From assembly GCA_944384525.1 (NCBI GenBank), contig CALWTR010000016.1:4546-68545 (forward strand): a stretch of DNA of 64,000 nt, read 5' to 3'. Below, in pieces: positions 37,353-47,933 of this stretch. Each line of letters starts with the position of its first letter. The first letter of the stretch is position 1. Source of the DNA: an uncultured Clostridia bacterium (GTDB lineage: Bacteria; Bacillota; Clostridia; Oscillospirales; CAG-272). The notes beneath the pieces are model-generated. The model was not told the origin of the DNA. It was given only the letters and a program-made list of their open reading frames with translations, and did not search any database. Made by a program: the position numbers and the translations under genes.

Positions 37353-39251
37353 TTACAGTTCTATATTTCCTTGTGTATTTATCTCTTTCAGTATGACGCC
37401 GGAAAATTTAGGGATATTGAATTTTATATAACGACCTCCTTCGTCGTGCTCCGGCACGATATCCGCCCTTTCTGCGCCGTTGGAATCAAATACGAACGAT
37501 ATTTTCTCGCATTCCCCGACCGGAAGGCGGAAATCATTGTTGTCGGCGCCGGAAAAGCTTATCACTACTATAAGACTGTCGCCGCATATCGCATTGCGCC
37601 TGAAGGCTATAAGGTTCTGTTCTTTCAGATCTGGGTATATCCAGGTAAAACCGGACGGGTCAAAGTCCTTTTCCCACAGCGCCGGATTTTCAAGGTAAAA
37701 CCGGTTGAGCGATGCGGTATATTCCCTGAGAGCGTAATGCATCGGATAATCGAGCATGAACCATTCGAGAGAATCCGAGAAATTCCACTCTCTGAATTGA
37801 CCGTACTCAGTGCCCATAAACAAGAGCTTTTTGCCTGGGTATGTCATCATCATCATCAGTGATGCGCGGACCTGGAGGAACTTTTCCTCATAAGTACCGC
37901 TCATCTTGTTTATGAATGAGCATTTTCCGTGCACGACCTCGTCGTGTGAGATCGGAAGTATATAGTTTTCTCGGTAAGCATACATTATCGGAAAATTAAG
38001 AGCATCGTGATGATATTTTCTGTATACGGAATCAAGGGCGATATACTTGTAAAAATCGTTGGCCCAACCCATGTTCCATTTCAAGTTGAATCCGAGTCCG
38101 CCTTCGCTGACAGGATGCGTCACGCCTTCAAATGATGTTGACTCCTCAGCCACCATCAAAGCGTCTGGAAACTTCGCAAATACCGCGCTGTTCAGCTTCT
38201 GCAAAAAAGCGATCGCCTCAAGATTACGGTTGTCTCCGTATTTGTTGGGTATCCATTCACCCGGCGAGCGGTCGTAATCGAGATACAGCATCGAGGACAC
38301 CGCATCTACCCGAAGCCCGTCCGCATGGAACTCTCCCAGCCAGTAAAGTGCGTTGGATATAAGGAAGCACTGCACCTCTTCTCTGCCCAGGTCAAAAAAT
38401 CTCGTGCCCCAAGAGCGGGACTCTTTTCTGTCGTCCCCCTGATACTCGTAGAGAGGCTGTCCGTCAAATTCATAAAGGCCCCATCCGTCTTTCGGGAAAT
38501 GCGCCGGTACCCAGTCCAGTATGACACCTATGCCGGCGCGATGCATCGAGTCGACAAAATACCTGAAGTCGTCAGGATCACCGAATCGGGAGGTCGGAGC
38601 ATAGAGAGCGCAGACCTGATATCCCCAGGATCCGTCGAACGGGAATTCCATAACGGGAAGAAGCTCTATATGTGTATATCCCATTGACTTGACGTAAGGA
38701 ACAAGCTCGTCCGCAAGCTCACGGTACGACAGAAAACTTCCGTCTTCATGCCTGGAAAAACTTCCGAGATGCACCTCATAGATATTGAGCGGAGCCGCAA
38801 GATACTCTCCGTCCCGGACGCATACTGTATCGGCACGATGCTTGAACCAACCGGAATCACCCCATTCAAAGTTGCTGTCCGGCGCTATCAAAGACGCGCC
38901 GTCAGAGCCGCTTTTGGAAAAGCGGGCGTATGGGTCTCCTTTGTAAAGGACTCTGGAATCCTGCGTTAGGATACGAAATTTATAAGCCTTGCACCGAAGA
39001 TCGGTATCAGACGAATAAATGAGCTCCCAAACGCCTTTAGCGGATATCCTCTTCAGATCTATTCCTCTGTCCCAGTCCGTAAACTCGGAAACAAGAGACA
39101 CTGCTCGCGCATTAGGCGCCCATGTTCTGAACGAGTAAATATATTTGTCTCCGTCGCGCGTAAGATTGCATCCCAGATATTCGTAAGCCGAGTAATTTGT
39201 GCCCTCGTGGAAATAATAAACGGGCAAATTGTTTTTTTCTTCCAAATGCAT
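37353..39251 (-). CDS. glgB: 1,4-alpha-glucan branching enzyme
   Basis: DWVPAHF, GLRVDAV, AEEST and SHDEVVHGK (GH13_9 regions) are present. I prefer ATG 39251 (MHLEEK), preceded by AAGGGG, over the track start at 39290. Confidence 0.93.
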   Translation of the reverse strand: MHLEEKNNLPVYYFHEGTNYSAYEYLGCNLTRDGDKYIYSFRTWAPNARAVSLVSEFTDWDRGIDLKRISAKGVWELIYSSDTDLRCKAYKFRILTQDSRVLYKGDPYARFSKSGSDGASLIAPDSNFEWGDSGWFKHRADTVCVRDGEYLAAPLNIYEVHLGSFSRHEDGSFLSYRELADELVPYVKSMGYTHIELLPVMEFPFDGSWGYQVCALYAPTSRFGDPDDFRYFVDSMHRAGIGVILDWVPAHFPKDGWGLYEFDGQPLYEYQGDDRKESRSWGTRFFDLGREEVQCFLISNALYWLGEFHADGLRVDAVSSMLYLDYDRSPGEWIPNKYGDNRNLEAIAFLQKLNSAVFAKFPDALMVAEESTSFEGVTHPVSEGGLGFNLKWNMGWANDFYKYIALDSVYRKYHHDALNFPIMYAYRENYILPISHDEVVHGKCSFINKMSGTYEEKFLQVRASLMMMMTYPGKKLLFMGTEYGQFREWNFSDSLEWFMLDYPMHYALREYTASLNRFYLENPALWEKDFDPSGFTWIYPDLKEQNLIAFRRNAICGDSLIVVISFSGADNNDFRLPVGECEKISFVFDSNGAERADIVPEHDEGGRYIKFNIPKFSGVILKEINTQGNIEL

Positions 39252-39382
39252 CACACCCCTTATATTTTTCATTATCCTAAATTTTAGCACAAATCCGCTG
39301 TCGAATAAGGTTAAAAGCAGAATAAGAGTTAAATATATTGTGAGCTTTACTTCATATTAAGATACAGTTTTAATATATACTA

Positions 39383-39411
39383 ATTCTATCATAACTGGGG
39401 ATTTTTGTCAA
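39383..39411 (-). promoter_or_regulatory. candidate sigma-A promoter of the glg operon
   Basis: On the minus strand: TTGACA (39411-39406), 17-nt spacer, TGa-TAGAAT (39388-39383). Confidence 0.6.
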
Positions 39412-39428
39412 GCAAAGTGTTATTTTTT

Positions 39429-40046
39429 TTATGTTTTTTGTTTATTTTTTAGTAAATTTGATATCAATTCGTCCATTTCCCCCATTTTTTTACCTTCTAT
39501 ACGCATACGGTAGAGAATTATATCGATATAACGGGCTGTTCGGCTTAGGAGCATAGATATCAACATTGCGATTTTTTTGATCGTCCGACTTACAGGGCAA
39601 AGCAAAAATGCTGCCAACGCCATTACGGTTACGGACAACTTTTCAAACAAGTATTTTGCACCGAAAGTTGCCGCTCTGCCGAAAGTTTTTCTGTATATAA
39701 AAAAGACCGCCACAATAACAATTACACTTAAAACTCTTATTACACCGTCATAAAATGCATAAATAAATATGTTAAAAAAAACGCAGCCGAAAATCAAAAA
39801 TATAAAATCCCGAAAAAATATGCCTAAGGCGCCGGACGGTTTTATTTTCAATTCTGATATACGCTCGCCCGCCTTTGAAAATGAGGGCGAGAGGGACAGC
39901 TGAACTATATTTTTAGGCATCATGACTATATTTTTTATTATACAGAATACCAGCGTAACGGAGTCGTATGCAAAGCCCAATACGCACCCGGCAAGCAAAC
40001 AAAACAAAAGTTTTATCAGCTCATCCGAAAAGGACATATAGATCAT
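39429..40046 (-). CDS. yabQ: spore cortex biosynthesis membrane protein YabQ-like
   Basis: Polytopic membrane protein directly after yabP, matching the conserved yabP-yabQ pairing. N-terminus LLFCLLAGCVLGFAYD. The start is probably ATG 40046, after AGGAGA. Confidence 0.65.
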   Translation of the reverse strand: MIYMSFSDELIKLLFCLLAGCVLGFAYDSVTLVFCIIKNIVMMPKNIVQLSLSPSFSKAGERISELKIKPSGALGIFFRDFIFLIFGCVFFNIFIYAFYDGVIRVLSVIVIVAVFFIYRKTFGRAATFGAKYLFEKLSVTVMALAAFLLCPVSRTIKKIAMLISMLLSRTARYIDIILYRMRIEGKKMGEMDELISNLLKNKQKT

Positions 40047-40100
40047 TCTCAAAAATCTCCTATAAGGCGCGCCTTAAAGACGCGCCCGACTGTTACATGA

Positions 40101-40385
40101 TTACCGATCGGCTTTTTTTCTGCCGAATATACTGCGTTTCCCTTCTGTATCGCCGCTGTAAACCATTGCTGATATCTTGCCTTCAAGTATCATTTTTCCG
40201 CTGCCCTCAGAAAATTCACTGACTTTAAGATTTTCTCCCTCAACTGTAAGCTTTCCGAACGGAGTGATAACGACCACCTCTCTGTCATCCATAAAAACTG
40301 TTTCCGATATTCCCTCAAGAACGGCATTTTGCCTGTTCGCAACGCTTATTTTATGTTCTCTTTCCGCCTTTCTGATCTCTTCCAT
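40101..40385 (-). CDS. yabP: sporulation protein YabP
   Basis: HKISVANRQNAVLEGISETVFMDDREVVVITPFGKLTVEGENLKVSEFSEGSGKMILEGKISAMVYS matches the YabP family pattern. ATG 40385 lies 6 nt after GGAGG, and the track start 40400 is upstream of that SD. Confidence 0.8.
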   Translation of the reverse strand: MEEIRKAEREHKISVANRQNAVLEGISETVFMDDREVVVITPFGKLTVEGENLKVSEFSEGSGKMILEGKISAMVYSGDTEGKRSIFGRKKADR

Positions 40386-40449
40386 AAAAAACCTCCGCAT
40401 ACTTTTCTATAAAGAAAAATATGCGGAGATTTTGCGGGATATGATACGG

Positions 40450-40695
40450 TCACTCCGAAATGACCTCATACATTTCGTATGCGTCGGTCTTTTTTACGGT
40501 TTCCCGCACATCAAGAACTCTGATCTTCAGCGTTTTTGTACCGAAAGCTATCTCAACAATATCCCCCGGTTTGATATCATAAGACGCCTTTGCCTGCCTG
40601 CCGTTAACTGTGACATGCGACTCGTCGCACGCCTCATTGGCGACCGTGCGCCTCTTGATTATCCTGGAGACCTTAAGATATTTGTCAAGTCGCAT
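40450..40695 (-). CDS. S4-domain RNA-binding protein (YabO/Hsp15-like)
   Basis: [49 protein letters not shown] contains an S4 motif. Confidence 0.85.
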   Translation of the reverse strand: MRLDKYLKVSRIIKRRTVANEACDESHVTVNGRQAKASYDIKPGDIVEIAFGTKTLKIRVLDVRETVKKTDAYEMYEVISE

Positions 40696-40696
40696 T

Positions 40697-40972
40697 TCAG
40701 CCGTTTATTGCATCCTTCATTGCTTTGCTGGGAGAAAACGCAGGACGCTTAGAAGCAGGGATAACTATTGTCTCCTTAGTCTGGGGATTTCTTCCCTCTC
40801 TCTCTGCCTTTTCCTTTACCTCAAAGGTGCCGAATCCGACAAGCTGTACCTTATTTCCTGCCTTGAGCTCATCTACGATCGCGTTGATCACTGCGTTGAC
40901 TGCAGCCTCAGCATCTTTTTTCTTGAGATCAGCGCTATCAGCGACAGCAGCTATGAGTTCTGTCTTATTCAT
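40697..40972 (-). CDS. hup: HU family DNA-binding protein
   Basis: [91 protein letters not shown]. Confidence 0.95.
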   Translation of the reverse strand: MNKTELIAAVADSADLKKKDAEAAVNAVINAIVDELKAGNKVQLVGFGTFEVKEKAEREGRNPQTKETIVIPASKRPAFSPSKAMKDAING

Positions 40973-41095
40973 TGGTTTATACATCCTTTCGAATTTTGTA
41001 TGATAAATAAATTATACCTAAAATTCCAGATAATATCAACACTTTTTTAAAAAAAAACGCAAAAAAAACGTACAGTATTAGGTATTGTTAATAAT

Positions 41096-42679
41096 TTATT
41101 CGACAACTTTTGTGCGTTTTGACATTTCGACCAACTTGATTCTCCAAAATTTGTCAAATGCTAACAACAAAACCGCATATATCAGCGCAGATAACGCCGC
41201 CGTCACGATCAGATGTACAGTTCCACTCTGCAGATCGAAAAAGCGTTTTATAAGCCACGCTGAACCGAATACAGAAATCAAAGAAAATACCAGCGGTCTC
41301 ACCACAGCCGATATGACAGATAGTTTTATGATGCGATACCGATATATACAATATATATTCACGATCAGAGCTACCGCATAACACACGACAGTACCAAGCG
41401 GCGCACCAACGATCCCGCTCTCTCCTCCAATTGTAAAAAATCCGAATATCAATTTGGCAACAGCGCCTATGCTCATTGCAAGAAGAGGTATAGACGGATG
41501 AGATGCAGACTGCAATATAACATTTGTGACTGAGAGAAGCGACAGCATTACAACTGCAGGAGCCAGAGCCGCCAGTAAAGGCGCAGCAACGCTGGCACTC
41601 GAGTCCTTGTAAATGATCGATAGTATCTCATATGGGAACGCCGCAAGTCCCAGTGCAAACGGCACGCAGATATAAGCTATTATCTTTATTGTTGAAAGCG
41701 CACTTGCCTCATACTTTTCAGTCATACCGCGCGCCCGGAGTTCTGTAAGGAGAGGGAGAGCCGATGCACAGATCGGAGCTATAAAAATAGCCGTTAAATT
41801 CAGCATCGGAACTGCCAGTGTAGTATAATTGCCGTACAGCGCCGCCGCCTCGCTTTCGGAAAAGCCGCTGTTCGTCAAACGATTCATCATGAACGAAAGA
41901 TCGATTATATTGGTTATACTCATTACGCCCGCACTAAGTGATACGGGAAGGCAAAGCGACAGTAAACGTCGCTTTATATCTCTGTCGGAAAATCGACTTT
42001 TTTCCGCGACATCAATACGTTCATTTGATATGTATTTATTTGTGCAGATCTTAAGATAAAGCATTGATACGGCTGAGCCTACAGCTATCCCGACAACTCC
42101 CAGAGCGGCTGTAACCGGAAGTGAAAGCCCGCGCTTTATACCGATGATCACACCTGCTATACCAAGAACGAGCTTGAACACCGCCTCGATAAGCTGTGAT
42201 ACAGCAACGTGCGACATTCTGTTTTCTCCCTGAAGATAGCCGCGATAAACCGAGGAAACTGAAATGAAAAAAACAGCCGGAGCCACAAGCGCTACGGCGT
42301 ACGAGGCATTGCTGTTCCCTATTGCACCTGAAAGAAGAGGGGCGAACGCCACCATCGCCAGCGTACACACCGCACCGAGCTTTGCAAAAAATCCAAGTGT
42401 GATCCTGAACATTCTCTCCTTGTCCCGGTGCAGACCGAGCCCGGAAAGTTCGCTGGTCATTATAGATACCGAACTCGGAAGCCCCGATACCGCGATCAGA
42501 TAAACCGATGCATATATTGTATATGCAGCATTGAAATACCCCATCCCCTCATCGTCTATCAAATGAGAGAGCGGCACCTTGAATATGAGCCCGAGTATTT
42601 TTACAGCCAACCCTGCCGCGGCAAGCATAAATGCTCCGCCAAGCACTTTCCTCTCCCTGTATCCCGAGGTATCCCCCAT
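41096..42679 (-). CDS. MOP-superfamily polysaccharide biosynthesis/flippase protein (SpoVB / YabM / MurJ-like)
   Basis: About 14 TM helices. N-terminus LAVKILGLIFKVPLSHLIDDEGMGYFNAAYTIY is typical of SpoVB-like flippases. ATG 42679 lies 7 nt after GGAGGG. Confidence 0.8.
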   Translation of the reverse strand: MGDTSGYRERKVLGGAFMLAAAGLAVKILGLIFKVPLSHLIDDEGMGYFNAAYTIYASVYLIAVSGLPSSVSIMTSELSGLGLHRDKERMFRITLGFFAKLGAVCTLAMVAFAPLLSGAIGNSNASYAVALVAPAVFFISVSSVYRGYLQGENRMSHVAVSQLIEAVFKLVLGIAGVIIGIKRGLSLPVTAALGVVGIAVGSAVSMLYLKICTNKYISNERIDVAEKSRFSDRDIKRRLLSLCLPVSLSAGVMSITNIIDLSFMMNRLTNSGFSESEAAALYGNYTTLAVPMLNLTAIFIAPICASALPLLTELRARGMTEKYEASALSTIKIIAYICVPFALGLAAFPYEILSIIYKDSSASVAAPLLAALAPAVVMLSLLSVTNVILQSASHPSIPLLAMSIGAVAKLIFGFFTIGGESGIVGAPLGTVVCYAVALIVNIYCIYRYRIIKLSVISAVVRPLVFSLISVFGSAWLIKRFFDLQSGTVHLIVTAALSALIYAVLLLAFDKFWRIKLVEMSKRTKVVE

Positions 42680-42703
42680 ATCCGTGCCCTCCAATACACA
42701 ATA

Positions 42704-42745
42704 AAAAAATCACCGATATACAATTAAGTATATTAGTGATTTTTT
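42704..42745 (-). terminator. rho-independent terminator ending the recJ-relA-dtd-hemZ-kinase transcription unit
   Basis: AAAAAATCAC...GTGATTTTTT with an inner ATATAC/GTATAT stem. There is a U-run on the minus-strand RNA. Confidence 0.7.
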
Positions 42746-42770
42746 AAAATATTACCCGTCCCCTCACCGG

Positions 42771-43676
42771 TCACCCGAGGAATTCCCTGAACAGCGAATC
42801 GTACGGAAGATATTTGCTTTCGATCACAGGAACGTGTCTGAGTTTATCAAGAGTGTCTTTTGCGAAGTCGTAAAATCTTTCCTCACGCTCAAAGCCTGAA
42901 AGCAGAGATGAAATGTAAGGCTTGATCATATTGACTTCGTAACCCATATATGAATTTATTTTGAAATCGCATTTGTCAATATACGGATATATCCTTTTTT
43001 CCTCGTTTTCACGAACACTTTCCCAGTTGTTGAGCGTGAATTCAGGAGATGCACTTCTGAAATTATAATCCCGAACTATTCTGCGCATCAGGCGGATATC
43101 TTCCGGCAGAAACGTTTTTCCGTCTATTTCTGCGGATGACGCGACATTGATAGAGACTGAAAAGCATTTGTCCTTGTCATACAGTGCGGTTATTTCGGGA
43201 TACATGACCTGTATGCCCTCGAGTATAAAAATATCATTATCGCTGCGCTTGATCTTCTTTTCTCCGACGCGCATCCCGCTCTTGAAACTGAAGCGCGGTA
43301 CCAGCACGTCGCCGCCGGACAGCATAGATCCGAGGGAACTGCTTAGAGTCTCAAGGTCCAGAGATTCGGCAGATTCGAAATCCGGCTTTGAGCCGTTCTC
43401 TTCAGCATAGCGGATTATCTCGTCTCTTCCGCGATAAAAGTCGTCAATTGAAATTATATGAACGTTTTTTCCGTTATCGGCAAGCACCTTGCTTAGCAAA
43501 GCTGAAGATGTGGTCTTCCCAGAGCATGAAGGACCGAGCAGTGTCACCAGACCGACGCCTGAGGCAACCACCCGGCGCGCGGCGGAATATATCGTACTTC
43601 TGTACTTTTCCTCGCATCCCATTACATATGCATGTTTTTTGTCTTCTCCGTGAAATACCGTCTTGATCTTTTCCAT
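42771..43676 (-). CDS. uridine kinase family / nucleoside kinase-like P-loop protein
   Basis: Walker A motif LLGPSCSGKTT, plus ISIDDFYRGRDEI and FILEGIQVMYPE as in the Udk/PRK family. A long C-terminal extension brings it to 301 aa. Confidence 0.7.
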   Translation of the reverse strand: MEKIKTVFHGEDKKHAYVMGCEEKYRSTIYSAARRVVASGVGLVTLLGPSCSGKTTSSALLSKVLADNGKNVHIISIDDFYRGRDEIIRYAEENGSKPDFESAESLDLETLSSSLGSMLSGGDVLVPRFSFKSGMRVGEKKIKRSDNDIFILEGIQVMYPEITALYDKDKCFSVSINVASSAEIDGKTFLPEDIRLMRRIVRDYNFRSASPEFTLNNWESVRENEEKRIYPYIDKCDFKINSYMGYEVNMIKPYISSLLSGFEREERFYDFAKDTLDKLRHVPVIESKYLPYDSLFREFLG

Positions 43677-43678
43677 AT

Positions 43679-45196
43679 CTACCGACCTTTCCCGTAAAAT
43701 TCAAAGATTCTTTCCCGTATCGGCTTCCTCCCGGACTCCTCGTCGCCAAGCCTTATAGCGTCAGCTTCCCTTAAATATTCATACGGATATTTCGGCGTAA
43801 ATATTCTTTCTATACGCCTGTCGTTTATTCCGGCGCCGGTGTATTTTACAAGTTTGGTAACTGCACCCGCCCCGACAGCAAATATACTGTGTATCTCCTC
43901 CATCATAAGAATATTGTAAAGCCCCTCGTGCCCTTCACGGGAATATCCAACGTTTTCGAGATTTCCGACAGTGTTTTTCTGCCGATACATATAGTATGGC
44001 TTATATCCCGCGAATTTTGTCTTTATCTGCGAGTATTCAACGCATTTTGCGGCGTCTCCGCCGTATATCGAATACACGTCCTTATTGTTTTTTAGTACGT
44101 CTGCTGCCTTCTTTACACAAAAAGTATGTACTGTTATATTTGACGGAGCCAGTTCTATTATCCGGTCTACCGTGGAGGAAAAATTTTTGAAATCATCTCC
44201 CGGAAGTCCCGCGATAAGATCTATATTTATATCTCTTATTCCGCTTTCTTCCGCTATCCTGTAAGCGTTAAAGAAATCCTCAACAGTATGGCGTCTGCCT
44301 ATCTCCTTGAGTATATCGTCACTCAAAGTTTGCGGATTCACGCTTATCCTTGTAACACCGTATTTTTTAGCCGTCGCCAGCTTTTCCATTGTTATGGTAT
44401 CCGGTCTGCCGGCTTCCATGGTAAATTCCGCAAGCGACGAAACGTCGACGCAGGAATTTATCTCCGAAAGCAAGCGCTCAAGCTGCGACTCATTTAAGAC
44501 AGTGGGAGTCCCTCCGCCTATATAGACCGTGAGCAGCTTGGATCCTGTCTCTTTTATTATATCCGTGATATTCCTCAGATCCTTTATAAGCATCTCGAGG
44601 TAATCGTCTATCAGTGAAAGCAACTTGTTAGAAGTATATGAAACAAAACTGCAATATGAGCATCTGGATGGACAAAAAGGTATCGCGATATACAGAGAGC
44701 AGGAGTCTCTCGGCACTTTTTTCGTAATTTTCCATTCTGTCGACGCAACGCTGACGGCGAGAGCCGCTTTCTGAGGATTGACGAAATACTCATCTCTGAG
44801 TATCCGTTTTGACCGTATTATTCCCTTTCCCTGATACAAAAGCTCGCTTGCGATCTTTGAGGGTCTGACGCCGGTGAGTATCCCCCATGGAGGTATATGT
44901 CCGAACATGCTTTTTCCAGCGGCGTACAGCGCCCGCCCGACAGCTATCTTTGTAAGTCTCTCTCCGGTTATCTCCGGGTCTGAAACGCTCTCTTTGCTTT
45001 CACACAGCTTATCGTTCAGCTTTATCTTTGCAAATGCCGTTACAGTTCTCTCGCCGTCATTTTCGATCTTTATATCTACTTCTGCAACGTCTGTCCCTGG
45101 TTCCTCGTTCTCCGGGAATGTAGCGCCCGGGAAAAATATCATGCACAGAGTCTGGGCGTAATAGCGATTGATATTCCCGTCAATATTAAGTATCAT
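43679..45196 (-). CDS. hemZ: radical SAM coproporphyrinogen dehydrogenase-like protein (HemZ/HemN family)
   Basis: YIAIPFCPSRCSYCSF (CxxxCxxC) and the GGGTP motif are present. I prefer the start MILNIDGN at 45196, a 4-nt overlap with the dtd stop. The symbol is tentative. Confidence 0.8.
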   Translation of the reverse strand: MILNIDGNINRYYAQTLCMIFFPGATFPENEEPGTDVAEVDIKIENDGERTVTAFAKIKLNDKLCESKESVSDPEITGERLTKIAVGRALYAAGKSMFGHIPPWGILTGVRPSKIASELLYQGKGIIRSKRILRDEYFVNPQKAALAVSVASTEWKITKKVPRDSCSLYIAIPFCPSRCSYCSFVSYTSNKLLSLIDDYLEMLIKDLRNITDIIKETGSKLLTVYIGGGTPTVLNESQLERLLSEINSCVDVSSLAEFTMEAGRPDTITMEKLATAKKYGVTRISVNPQTLSDDILKEIGRRHTVEDFFNAYRIAEESGIRDINIDLIAGLPGDDFKNFSSTVDRIIELAPSNITVHTFCVKKAADVLKNNKDVYSIYGGDAAKCVEYSQIKTKFAGYKPYYMYRQKNTVGNLENVGYSREGHEGLYNILMMEEIHSIFAVGAGAVTKLVKYTGAGINDRRIERIFTPKYPYEYLREADAIRLGDEESGRKPIRERIFEFYGKGR

Positions 45197-45663
45197 TTGC
45201 GCTTTCCTCCCTTCACGAGAACTTCGGAATCCATTATTATCGTCACCGGTCCGGCAGTCACCATATCCGTCTTCATATCTGCGCCGAAGACCCCTGTTTG
45301 GCAAACATTTCCGGTAAGCTCAGATACGCACGCCGTAAATTTTTCATAAAGGCTGTTTGCGGGAGCCGGAGCTGCCGCTCCCAAATAACTTGGCCGATTA
45401 CCGTGAGAGTAGTCTGCGAGCAGAGTAAAATTAGATACAGCCAGCACATCTCCGGATATATCCTTGACCGAGAGATTCATCTTTCCGTTCTCATCCGGAA
45501 AGATCCTGAGGTTTACGATTTTGGCGGCAAGCGCTTCAGCGTCAGCCTCTGTATCTCCTGCCCTGACACCTAGCAAAACATAAAGCCCTCTGCCTATCTC
45601 TCCGCTTATTTCACCGTCAGCGCGCACTGACGCGCGCTCAACGATCTGCACTACTGCGACCAT
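45193..45663 (-). CDS. dtd: D-aminoacyl-tRNA deacylase
   Basis: MVAVVQIVERASV...GRGLYVLLGV...SNFTL...G.RPS and a C-terminal GPVT.I.D motif are present. Confidence 0.92.
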   Translation of the reverse strand: MVAVVQIVERASVRADGEISGEIGRGLYVLLGVRAGDTEADAEALAAKIVNLRIFPDENGKMNLSVKDISGDVLAVSNFTLLADYSHGNRPSYLGAAAPAPANSLYEKFTACVSELTGNVCQTGVFGADMKTDMVTAGPVTIIMDSEVLVKGGKRK

Positions 45664-45683
45664 AAAATACAATTCCCCGTTTT

Positions 45684-47888
45684 TCAGTGTCCGAATCCCC
45701 GCTCGACCGAAAGCACAGCCGGGATCGAGCGTATTTTTGACACGATAGAATTAAAGTGATTTACGTTTTTGCAACCCACGGCGATATTCAAAACAGTTGT
45801 CGACGCCTTAGGTATAGACTGAGTATTGAGTGAAAGTATTGAGACCTTCATATCGGCAAGGGCCAGCGATACCTGCGCAAGAACACCGATCTCGTCCTTG
45901 ACGAAGATCTGTATATGTGCCTCATACAGCGTATTGTCAGAATCGCTCTCGCCTTTTTCCCATTTGGCGCTTACCCACCTTGAGAGGTTATCTGCGTTCA
46001 TCCTGCTCTTGACGACGTTGGGGCAGTCGGACTTATGGATAGAAATGCCGTATCCTTTTGTGACAAATCCGACTATGTGGTCTCCGGGCAGCGGGTTGCA
46101 GCATTTTGCAAATTTGACCTGGTAACCGCCCTCGCCGTCTATCAATATACCGCTACTCCTCTTCAAATTTTTAGGTTCAGAGGAGATCTTGAGCTGCTCT
46201 GTCTCGCTTACAGGAGTCTCCTGCACCGTCATTTTGTCGAGCTCGTCCTTTATCTTGGGCATTATCCTTGATAAAGATATCCCGCCATAGCCTATGGTGT
46301 TATAGAGGTCTTCGACGCCGGCTATGCCGACTCGCTGTGCGGCATTCGCAACTGCCTCGGTTATCTGTGCATCGGTGTACTGCTTGCCAAGCCTTTTTAC
46401 TTCCTTTTCGACTTCGGCCCTGCCGACGACTATGTTCTCATCGCGTTTTTCCTTCTTGAACCACTGCCGTATTTTGCTCTTGGCCTCTGCCGTTTTGACG
46501 ATCTTGAGCCAGTCACGGCTCGGTCCCTTGGAGGATGAAGAGGTTATTATCTCAACGATCTCTCCGTTTTGCGGCACGCGGTCTATCGGCACTATCACGC
46601 CGTTTATTTTTGCGCCGACCATTTTGTTTCCGACAGCACTGTGTATGGAATATGCAAAATCTATGACCGTTGAGCCGAGCGGCAGAGATATCACGTCTCC
46701 CTTAGGAGTAAACACGAAAGTCTCGTCGTGAAAAATATCCGTTTTGAAAGAGCGCATGAACTCATCCGGATCGTGCGTGTTTTCGTCGGATTCCAATAGC
46801 TTGGATATCCAGCGGAGTTTTTCATCTATATTGTCGTCCGACTTTTCGCCGGACTTGTATTTCCAGTGTGCCGCTATACCATATTCCGCGATCTGGTGCA
46901 TCTCGCGGGTCCTTATCTGTATCTCGAAAGGTATACCGTCGCGGCCTATGACCGTTGTGTGCAGCGAGCGGTACATATTCGGTTTCGGAGTCGATATATA
47001 ATCCTTGAATCTTCCCGGCACAGAGTTGAACATCTCGTGTACAAGGCCCAAAACAGTATAGCACTCCAGCTCTGTCTCCACGATTATGCGAAGAGCGTAA
47101 AAGTCATATATTTCGTCAAAGGGCTTGTTGAAGTTATACATCTTTCTGTAAAGACTATATACCGATTTGACGCGCCCCTCAAGTTCGTACTCTATGTTAT
47201 TTTCCTTCAGTTTATTCTCTATCTGCTGTTTTGCGTTTTCTATAAAATTATAGTTCTGCCCGTACTTTTTTTCAATTGAATCCGAGACCTCTTTATAACC
47301 TATCGGGTCAAGGTAGGAAAGGCTGATATTTTCAAGCTCCTGCTTTATTTTCTGCATACCGAGCCGATGTGCAAGCGGGGCGTAGACGTACATTGTTTCA
47401 AGAGCTATCTCTCTTTGCTTTCCCTCTTTTTTTGCAGACAATGTCCGCATATTATGGAGCCTGTCGCACAATTTTATGAAGATAACGCGGATATCTTTGG
47501 TCATGGCGAGGAGCATTTTTCTTATATTCTCGATATGCGCCTCTTCCTTGTCCTCTACCTGGACCTGCAATATCTTGGTCACGCCGTCCACAAGCAAAGC
47601 CACTTCTTCGCCAAAGAGTTTCCGTATCTGATCGAGGCTGGTCTTGTCTGAGCAGTCTTCTACCGTATCGTGCAAAAGTGCGGCGCAGATAGATTCAGTA
47701 TCAAGGCCGAGCTCCGCGACTATTTCTGCGACCGCGACCGGATGACTTATATACGCCTCTCCGCTCTGCCGCATCTGCCCTTTATGAAGATTGTCCGCAT
47801 ATTCGAAGGCGGCGCGTATTTTATCCCTGTCATAATTTTTGCCGCTCTTATCGATTATTTCGAAAAGTCTGCTTAAAGTCTCTGCCAT
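45684..47888 (-). CDS. relA: bifunctional (p)ppGpp synthetase/hydrolase RelA/SpoT (Rel)
   Basis: HD domain (YISHPVAVAEI..LHDTVED), synthetase domain (SLHTTV, EIQIRT), and TGS and ACT C-terminal domains. 734 aa. Confidence 0.95.
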   Translation of the reverse strand: MAETLSRLFEIIDKSGKNYDRDKIRAAFEYADNLHKGQMRQSGEAYISHPVAVAEIVAELGLDTESICAALLHDTVEDCSDKTSLDQIRKLFGEEVALLVDGVTKILQVQVEDKEEAHIENIRKMLLAMTKDIRVIFIKLCDRLHNMRTLSAKKEGKQREIALETMYVYAPLAHRLGMQKIKQELENISLSYLDPIGYKEVSDSIEKKYGQNYNFIENAKQQIENKLKENNIEYELEGRVKSVYSLYRKMYNFNKPFDEIYDFYALRIIVETELECYTVLGLVHEMFNSVPGRFKDYISTPKPNMYRSLHTTVIGRDGIPFEIQIRTREMHQIAEYGIAAHWKYKSGEKSDDNIDEKLRWISKLLESDENTHDPDEFMRSFKTDIFHDETFVFTPKGDVISLPLGSTVIDFAYSIHSAVGNKMVGAKINGVIVPIDRVPQNGEIVEIITSSSSKGPSRDWLKIVKTAEAKSKIRQWFKKEKRDENIVVGRAEVEKEVKRLGKQYTDAQITEAVANAAQRVGIAGVEDLYNTIGYGGISLSRIMPKIKDELDKMTVQETPVSETEQLKISSEPKNLKRSSGILIDGEGGYQVKFAKCCNPLPGDHIVGFVTKGYGISIHKSDCPNVVKSRMNADNLSRWVSAKWEKGESDSDNTLYEAHIQIFVKDEIGVLAQVSLALADMKVSILSLNTQSIPKASTTVLNIAVGCKNVNHFNSIVSKIRSIPAVLSVERGFGH

Positions 47889-47933
47889 CGTAACACCTAC
47901 CGCTCTTTATATCGTGCGCCGTATCTCCGGCAC